DNA of 64,000 bases, taken from IMG/VR virus record IMGVR_UViG_3300029121_000001; one strand, 5' to 3'. This DNA is from a virus. Both the position numbers and the translations under genes were made by a program. A model generated the notes under the pieces. That model had not been told where the DNA came from. It made no database searches and saw only the letters and a list, made by a program, of their open reading frames with translations. Numbering within the stretch: the first letter of the stretch is position 1; every line of letters starts with the position of its first letter. Shown one piece after another: positions 18,143 to 24,505 of this stretch.

Positions 18143-18194
18143 TAATATTCCTCCTACAATATTTTGTATTATATTGTTTAGGAGGAATTAAAGT

Positions 18195-18458
18195 TTAAAT
18201 ATAATAAAGCGTAGATATAGTGCACTCCATTATAATTATTCCAGAAGCATTATAAGCAAGTGCCATTATATATGAATCTATTTGTGTTAACATACATTTA
18301 TATCTTATTACTTTCATATTTAATGAATATCCAATCATAGTTCCAGAAGCTAAATAATAACAGTATTCATTAAAGTTACCATATTGATTATTTATCTGTG
18401 TATATACTGTTTTTATATCAGATAATTTATGTATAATATTTTTCTGAGAAGCGTCAGA
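18195..18458 (-). other. start-less ORF cassette A3 (87 codons, SDASQKNIIHKL..ISTLYYI*)
   Basis: Frame opens at TCTGACGCTTCT of the junction repeat. No start codon and no RBS upstream. Ends at TAA 18195-18197. Confidence 0.55.
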
Positions 18459-18464
18459 TTTATT
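18447..18464 (-). repeat. junction repeat copy (AATAAATCTGACGCTTCT)
   Basis: Identical 18-mer to the copy at 18700-18717. Confidence 0.9.
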
Positions 18465-18474
18465 TGATAATATA

Positions 18475-18711
18475 TTAAATATAGAATATTCTTACATTAT
18501 ATTTTGCTAAAATAATATCATGTGCGTTTAAGTCAATATTAAATGCAGCGATTCCATATTGTGAATTACTAATGTAATATATGGATACATATGGAAGTCC
18601 AGATATAGAATTCACATCTTTACATACTGCAGATATTACAGTTCCATTTTTAAAAGTTTTTAGTTCTGGGATATACATATCTATATATTTAATTTTAGTA
18701 GAAGCGTCAGA
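18475..18711 (-). other. start-less ORF cassette A2 (78 codons, SDASTKIKYIDMYIPEL..RIFYI*)
   Basis: Opens at the junction repeat, in the same frame as the end of A1. No SD before its internal Met. Confidence 0.55.
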
Positions 18712-18717
18712 TTTATT
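18700..18717 (-). repeat. junction repeat copy (AATAAATCTGACGCTTCT)
   Basis: Read directly from the sequence. Follows the TAA that ends cassette A1. Confidence 0.9.
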
Positions 18718-19638
18718 TTATCTTATCATTATAAGAGGGAAAACTCCTTTACTACCATAATACACAGGTGCATTAGCAACTTTTACTTCAGATCCAGATG
18801 CAATATACCATGGCATATCATAACTGTGTCCTCCTTGAGGATAGCTATTGTTTGATAATCCACGTAAGAAGCCATCTCCAAATTACCAAGTAGTAAAATT
18901 AAAATATGGTAATTTATAATTAGCTTCACCATCATCATATTTGTTGTTATTAGAAGCAAATTTACCAGTAATTTGTCCAGCACTCATTAATGTACAATAT
19001 GCATTTGTCCAAGCATAACCTGTATTAGTAAGATTGCCATTGACATATTCAGTTTTATTAGATAATAATACCTTTCTTTTAACTAAATGATTATAAAAAA
19101 TAGATTTTTTCATCAATATATCAGCTGTAGTTGAATTCAAATCTTTATGCACACCTGTACTTACATATCCAGTATCTTCAAATATCATGCCATTTGATGA
19201 TTTATAAAGAGGTTCTGTAGGAATCATAAATATACCATATCCATTATCATATGGTGTTCCATCTGAAGCAGTTTTATTATGTTCACAATCAAAACCTACA
19301 ATAACCCATTTCTTATTGTAAGTACCATCTTTAATAGTTATTGTAGAACCAATAGAAGCACCATAATAACCTGTAAAATTACTACATCTAATAAGAAAAT
19401 CATCTAGATCAATAGTAGTTTCATCATGATTAATGGATAATGTGCCAAGGTCTTGAACTTTATATCTAGTATTAGGAGTAGAAGTATCAATAGGAAGATT
19501 TTTTACATCTCCTAGTATTTTAATAATAATAGATTGTATAGTTGTATTTTTACTAAATTTACTTTTAGCAGGAATTCCTCCAACTGTGTATCTTGTTACA
19601 ATATCATTCTCTAATATTAAATTAGTAGAAGCGTCAGA
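18718..19638 (-). other. start-less cassette A1: lectin-like receptor-binding module, paralogue of 23361-24227, with an in-frame TAA at 18883-18885
   Basis: Opens TAA TAA TCT GAC GCT TCT directly after a terminator. SDASTNLILENDIVTRYTVGG..WTNAYCTLMSAGQITGKFASNNNKYDDGEANYKLPYFNFTTW * FGDGFLRGL..LIMIR* is colinear with the locus B module. Confidence 0.6.
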
Positions 19639-19643
19639 TTATT
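19627..19643 (-). repeat. junction repeat copy (AATAATCTGACGCTTCT)
   Basis: Identical 17-mer to the copy at 24445-24461. Abuts the poly-T of the upstream terminator. Confidence 0.9.
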
Positions 19644-19656
19644 ATAAAAAAAAAAT

Positions 19657-19686
19657 AAAAGGGAGTAGATTTCTCCACTCCCTTTT
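19657..19686 (-). terminator. rho-independent terminator after the 19691 gene
   Basis: AAAAGGGAGT..ACTCCCTTTT hairpin followed by a 10-nt T-run on the minus strand. Confidence 0.7.
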
Positions 19687-19690
19687 ATAA

Positions 19691-20136
19691 TTATTCTTCG
19701 CCTTCTTCCCATTTATGATGACGCTCTTCTTCGAGCATCCTCTCGTTAATAGACTTTGGAAGTCTCTTCATACGAGATACATTGGTGATATACAGCTTGC
19801 TATCATTACCAAGCTCAACAATGTACTTGCATTTTGCATTGAATACGGGAGGATAAAATTGCGTCCAGCCTTTATCAAACAAGTACTGATAGCAGTACCT
19901 ATAAATCTGGCGCATAGTAGCACCAGATTTTGCATTGCCATGATTCACCATATGGCGAAGCATGGCGGAATATTTTTTACCCTTACGGGTAAAAATCAGG
20001 TTGATATCATGCTTTTCATGCTCAAAAGGAGCACGCGCATGGCATTCATGGCTTTGTCAAATTCCTCCCAGTACTTATCTTCATCACTGATACAAGTAGT
20101 GTTGATATCGTTCATATTGTTGTTCATGTTAGCCAT
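19691..20136 (-). pseudogene. split hypothetical gene: a 46-codon ORF with a strong RBS overlaps the -1 frame of the 90-aa ORF (frameshift, programmed or not)
   Basis: AAGGAGG RBS + ATG at 20136 opens MANMNNNMNDINTT..; TGA at 19996-19998. The frame of ORF 19691-19963 is open from 20056. The two frames overlap by 61 nt (19996-20056). Confidence 0.45.
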
Positions 20137-20338
20137 AATAAAGTCCTCCTTATAGACTTCCAATATAATAAAATATTCTTCTAAGAAGGAATATATTTAT
20201 CCTTCTTATCACTTTTATACTATACAAGTGAAATATTTAAATTGTTAAAAAAATAAACCAGTAGAGATTTCTCCCTACTGATATTTTTAATTATACATAC
20301 ACTACTATTATCTCATTAGTATTATTGCGCAATTAATA

Positions 20339-20587
20339 TTAGTGAGATTTAATAACATTAAAGATTCTATCAAACTTAGCAATCTCTTCTTGAGTATAAT
20401 TTTCTCTACCAAGTCTTGCTAATGTATTAGCATTGATAAGAGTATCTCTTTGCATAGAAGCGTTAGCATTAAAATACCCATTATCTCTAGAAATATACAT
20501 AGCATTTCTAGGATTAAATTTCTCCCAAGCAAGACGAATGAAAGTCTGATTCATCGGTACCAAACAATATATAACATCTCCGTCAAA
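20339..20587 (-). CDS. RNA polymerase beta-prime-like subunit (N-terminal-half type), exon 2
   Basis: Frame is open from 20587 and reads FDGDVIYCLVPMNQTFIRLAWE.., colinear with E. coli beta-prime [20 protein letters not shown]. No RBS or start of its own. Confidence 0.75.
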   Translation of the reverse strand, partial: FDGDVIYCLVPMNQTFIRLAWEKFNPRNAMYISRDNGYFNANASMQRDTLINANTLARLGRENYTQEEIAKFDRIFNVIKSH

Positions 20588-21129
20588 CCTAAATCGGACA
20601 CTTTAGGAAAGTTAAAATTGAAATAAGCGAATCTTATGTCATTCATGTACCCTTACACATGAAATATTTAAAATTGCTTAAAACTGCATATTTTAACTTT
20701 TCTTTTAATTTAGCGATCATATCTTTATCCAGTAAAGATTCTGCAATTCTTTATTTATCTGGATATATATCGTTTCGATTTAAATGGATTTATCTGCTGC
20801 CTCAGTACCATACCTATATAATATAGGCTCTACATAATGATCTGTGGGCACACTCATTTCTGAGCTTCGCTGCTGGTTGTCAATTTTATACTATAATAGT
20901 ATTGATCTTTAAGGAACTTAATTTTCATTAAGCTTTTATTGCATCCTAGATCATCCTGTAAATTCTTTCTGACTTTCGTCGGCTTTCACGCTTACCATTG
21001 CTAGTTACGTTGTAGCTTTACAGGCATTATGGTTTTCCAGCAATTAGATATATTAGCGACTCTAAATTACTTTAGAGAAGGGACTTCTGTGGTGATATTA
21101 TATATTATAAATAGCACCACTGCTATTTA
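20588..21129 (-). ncRNA. group I-like intron (542 nt, no ORF) inside the beta-prime NADFDGD motif
   Basis: 5' exon ends ..GCGGAU and the intron ends ..CCGAUUUAGG. An internal GTCC can pair with exon GGAU. R-like CACAGATCATTATG and S-like AAGATATGATCGC can form a P7 helix, GATCAT/ATGATC. Stops in all frames. Confidence 0.6.
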
Positions 21130-22554
21130 ATCCGCAGCCAAAAATTTCAAGATCTGCAGAGGAACTGCTAGAGTATAGGTATTAGTAATTCCAACACAGA
21201 ACATTTGCAGAATAGAGCCATAAGCAAGTGTAGGATTTCGGCCAATTATTACCGGTAATCCACGCATACCTTTATGCTTAAAATCATCAATGATAGATTG
21301 AATAATCGTATTGATCTTTTTATTAGGCTCAATAGTAGCTTTATACCAGATATCATGAGCTTCTGTTGGAGTCATACCATGCATACGGCAAAGAATATTT
21401 TTAATTCTCTGCTCAAGCATAACAGTCAGAGCAACTGCAGGCATTGTAATTTCATCAATACGAAGATTGGGATTTTGAACGATAACACAACGAGAAGAGA
21501 AGTTATACCGTCCACCGAGAAGACATCTAAAATCACCTTTCTTACCAGCAAGGATATTAATTTGCTCTGAATAAATATCCATAAACTTCTTCTGGAGATT
21601 ATAAAGCTGCTGATTCTTGATCTTAGGTTCTCTCTGAATAGCAGTCTTATTCTTGTTGATAGAAGTTGCTAGTTTATTGATCATGGCATACATTGCATTT
21701 GTAGGCTCATATGTCATGTTATTTCCATCGATATCAAAAGGACGAAGTAGAGTAGTAATAACAGGAAGAGACGATGAGAATACAGACTCTCTAGCTTCAT
21801 AAATAGCATCATAATAACTCTTCTTATTAGGATACTTTTTAATATAATAATCCATAATCTCATCGAATCTTTCAGTGAATTCTATCATACCAATTCCAAA
21901 GAAAGGTTCATCCTTAAGCTTAGGATCATCTCTAGACATCGTATTGAGAACAAGTTGAGTATCTGTGACATCAAGAATATTCTCAAGCTTAGTACGCTTA
22001 TTACCTTGAATATAGATGCCCTTACCAAGAATAGATTCAATATAGATATAGAATGTAGGATGAATAAACTTATATGGTTTAGATAATTTAATCCAACCAC
22101 AATACTTGAAGTTATCATCTACATATGTGCACAAGTGCCCACATTGAGGACAGCGAAGACCATAATTAATACGTCCTCTAAGTCCTCCTTCTTTACATCT
22201 ACAACGATACCTATCCATAAAAGGATTAGTATCAGCAAGAGTCTGTCCAAACTTTGGAGAGAAGATACCATCTTCTGCACGAAGATCTTTCTTGATGTTA
22301 CGTCCTGCAGGTTCTACAATAAAGCCATTGCCTTCACGAAGATCATCTTCACAAGCTTTATCATAATTAATGATCTCAAGCTTACCAGAGAATTCATATT
22401 TATCAGAATGAGGATAAGTTTTACTGGTAGACATAAGATCATTAAGATGAGGCTTAAGGAAATTAAATTCCTGTTGATGCTTCATCTGATATTCGATATT
22501 GTAATCGTGGAGTTGTTTATAGTTGCTAGTGTCAACATTATATTTCGTTTCCAT
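21130..22554 (-). CDS. RNA polymerase beta-prime-like subunit (N-terminal-half type), exon 1
   Basis: Zn-ribbon CRCKEGGLRGRINYGLRCPQCGHLC; NPTLAYGSI..LAVPLQILKFLAAD ends at the first Asp of the catalytic loop. TAAGGAGG RBS present. Confidence 0.8.
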
Positions 22555-22647
22555 TGAATAAAAATCCTCCTTAGTGTATTTATACTTTTGGAGATAATAT
22601 CTTACAAAAATTACGGTGGTCTAATCATAAAATCATAACCTTTCTAT

Positions 22648-22666
22648 CAATATTATAATATATCCT
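22648..22666 (-). promoter_or_regulatory. candidate promoter motif GGATATATTATAATATTGA
   Basis: One of four near-identical ATATATTATAA[TA]A boxes, each upstream of a minus-strand gene start. This one lies about 94 nt before the beta-prime ATG. Confidence 0.3.
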
Positions 22667-22677
22667 TAAAAGATTTT

Positions 22678-23241
22678 TTAAGAATTATCTGTAAATTTAT
22701 TCAGTTTCATTATAGTATTATAATCAGGATCATCTAATCTAGGCTGTTTAGAATCGTCTTTTAGCAGGTATACTTTTCCTTTAAACGGTTTATATTTAAT
22801 ACCAACAGCATCAAGCATTCTAGTAGCTTCTCTAAAATCTGCTGTATCAGGATATTTATTAATGCTATAATAAATATTCTTTACTCCTACTTGAATAAGA
22901 GCCTTAGTGCAATTATGACAAGGAAACATGGTTACATAAAGAGTAGATCCTCTAAAAGCAGAAAGATCTCCACGGAAGTTGAGAATAGCATTTTCTTCTG
23001 CATGTACTACATAAGGATATTTAGTATCTTCTTCATTTTCTGCTTCCCTTGCCCAAGGAAATTCATCATCAGAAATTCCATTAGGAAATCCATTATAACC
23101 AATGCTAAGGATACGATCATTAGAAGATACAAATACTGCACCAACTTGAGAATTAGGATCTTTAGATCGCATTGCTGCCATTCGAGCAATGCCCATATAC
23201 ATATCTTCTTTAGAGATATAATTAGTGCGTTTATCTGACAT
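22678..23241 (-). CDS. dCMP deaminase (cytidine/deoxycytidylate deaminase zinc-binding family)
   Basis: VVHAEENAI (H-A-E zinc/catalytic motif) and FPCHNCTKALIQVGVKNIYY (P-C-x-x-C). AAAGGAGG RBS present. Confidence 0.9.
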   Translation of the reverse strand: MSDKRTNYISKEDMYMGIARMAAMRSKDPNSQVGAVFVSSNDRILSIGYNGFPNGISDDEFPWAREAENEEDTKYPYVVHAEENAILNFRGDLSAFRGSTLYVTMFPCHNCTKALIQVGVKNIYYSINKYPDTADFREATRMLDAVGIKYKPFKGKVYLLKDDSKQPRLDDPDYNTIMKLNKFTDNS

Positions 23242-23284
23242 GAGATAGCCTCCTTTAAATTTAGTAATTAATTGTCAAATGAAA

Positions 23285-23329
23285 AATTAAAAAATAATAC
23301 TAGGTAAGGAATCTACTTCCTTACCTAGT
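23285..23329 (-). terminator. rho-independent terminator after cassette locus B
   Basis: Perfect 13-bp stem ACTAGGTAAGGAA / TTCCTTACCTAGT, then a T-run on the minus strand. Confidence 0.8.
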
Positions 23330-23360
23330 ATTTTAAAATTTCATAAAGTGGTTAATTATA

Positions 23361-24350
23361 TTACCTAATATAAATAAGCGGACGAAGACCGAGCCTGCTA
23401 TAACAGAGGTTCCAATCTGGTTTACCAGAATTTGAAATACCATAGACATAGTTATTGCCATAACTTTTACTGCATATTCCACGCAACCAAGCCCAATTAT
23501 CAAAACTCCATGTTTCATAATTGAATAATGGTAGTTTATAATTAGCTTCTCCATCATCGAATTTATTACTAGTAGAAGCAAATGTGCCAGTTACTTGTCC
23601 TGTACTCATTAACGTGCAATATGCATTAGTCCATATATAACTATTAGCACAATAATTAGAATCTCTAGAAGTACTCAATAGAACATTACGTAGTACAAGA
23701 TGCTCACCAAGTACTCTCTTAAGGTTATCTGCAACTTCAGATAATATAGTCTTATTTATAGCAGATCCATTATATCCTTTTTCAGTAGAACTAGAATCCC
23801 ATACTACACTACCTAAACTCCTCCTAGGTATTAAACATATACCATATCCATTATCATTAGTATTTCCATCAGATGCTGTTTGATTGTGTTCCATATCGAA
23901 ACCAGCAATAATCCATTCTTTATTATATACATCATCTTTAATAGTAACATAACTACCAATAGTAGCACCGTAATAACCAGTATCATGGCAACATCTATAA
24001 AGAAAGTAATCTATATCACTAACATTAGACCAAGTCCCAAGATCCTGAGACTTATAACGTGTATTAGGTGTAGAAGTATCAACCGGAAGTTGTCCACTAT
24101 CTCCTAGCATTTTAATGATAATAGATTGTATAGTATCAGTTGCAGAGAATTGAGATCTTTTAGATATACCTCCAACAGTATATCTAGTATTATAAATTTG
24201 GACTCCAAGTTTATTAGAAGCGTCATTCTTATTAAATATATATGATGTTTGCATGGCAGTCATCAGTATAAGATGACGCTGTACCATTACTCCAGTGTCT
24301 AATCCATCTATAATATAATTTTCCGTTATTTTGATAAATCCAATCAGCAT
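23361..24350 (-). CDS. lectin-like (C-type-lectin/DUF1566-like C-terminus) receptor-binding tail-fibre module (cassette B2); true 5' end uncertain
   Basis: 329-codon ORF, but the ATG at 24350 has no RBS. Homology to cassette A1 starts at the junction repeat (NDASNKLGVQIYNTRYTVGG from 24227). C-terminus: ..WAWLRGICSKSYG..YSRLGLRPLIYIR*. Confidence 0.55.
   Translation of the reverse strand: MLIGFIKITENYIIDGLDTGVMVQRHLILMTAMQTSYIFNKNDASNKLGVQIYNTRYTVGGISKRSQFSATDTIQSIIIKMLGDSGQLPVDTSTPNTRYKSQDLGTWSNVSDIDYFLYRCCHDTGYYGATIGSYVTIKDDVYNKEWIIAGFDMEHNQTASDGNTNDNGYGICLIPRRSLGSVVWDSSSTEKGYNGSAINKTILSEVADNLKRVLGEHLVLRNVLLSTSRDSNYCANSYIWTNAYCTLMSTGQVTGTFASTSNKFDDGEANYKLPLFNYETWSFDNWAWLRGICSKSYGNNYVYGISNSGKPDWNLCYSRLGLRPLIYIR
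24216..24233 (-). repeat. junction repeat, variant copy (AATAAGAATGACGCTTCT)
   Basis: Shares AATAA and TGACGCTTCT with the other four copies. Marks the start of A1/B2 homology. Confidence 0.8.
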
Positions 24351-24456
24351 CGTTTCTTACGTCATCTAATATATCAAATCCTATTATAGTACCATTTAAT
24401 GTATATCCAGATTTTGTGATATAAATATTATAAAGCTTCTTTATAGAAGCGTCAGA
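24232..24456 (-). other. start-less ORF cassette B1 (74 codons, SDASIKKLYNIYITKSGYTLNG..HANIIYI*)
   Basis: Opens TAA TAA TCT GAC GCT TCT directly after a terminator. No start or RBS. Ends ..YI* like A2 and A3. Confidence 0.55.
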
Positions 24457-24461
24457 TTATT
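24445..24461 (-). repeat. junction repeat copy (AATAATCTGACGCTTCT)
   Basis: Identical 17-mer to 19627-19643. Confidence 0.9.
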
Positions 24462-24500
24462 AAAAAATAAAAGGAGTGAAGATTTTACTCTTCACTCCTT
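24458..24500 (-). terminator. rho-independent terminator after the 24506 gene
   Basis: 12-bp stem AAGGAGTGAAGA / TCTTCACTCCTT, then TTTTATTTTTT on the minus strand. Confidence 0.8.
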
Positions 24501-24505
24501 CTAAA

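Noticed and set aside
19639-19693. T4 gene-60-style translational bypass from the upstream gene across the hairpin into the cassette. The non-coding gaps are 55 nt at locus A and 52 nt at locus B (24457-24508), intriguingly close to the 50-nt T4 gap.
   Set aside because: There are no matched take-off and landing codons: GAA or AAA before the stops, but only TAATAA before TCT. The hairpins carry long U-runs typical of intrinsic terminators. The upstream proteins (a 90-aa protein and a zinc-ribbon protein) are unrelated to fibre modules.
19718-19730. Inverted near-copy of the junction core on the plus strand (ATGACGCTCTTCT), about 80 nt from repeat A1.
   Set aside because: It has an extra C relative to TGACGCTTCT and lacks the AATAA part. 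It lies inside the coding end of the 19691 gene, and a 10-of-11 match is plausible by chance. It would be worth re-checking if inversions are ever seen here.
18195-24461. Diversity-generating retroelement (template repeat / variable repeat) as the explanation for the two related lectin-like modules.
   Set aside because: A1 and B2 differ along their whole length by all kinds of substitutions and indels, not by adenine-specific changes in a short C-terminal region. There is no reverse transcriptase or Avd-like gene in the window.
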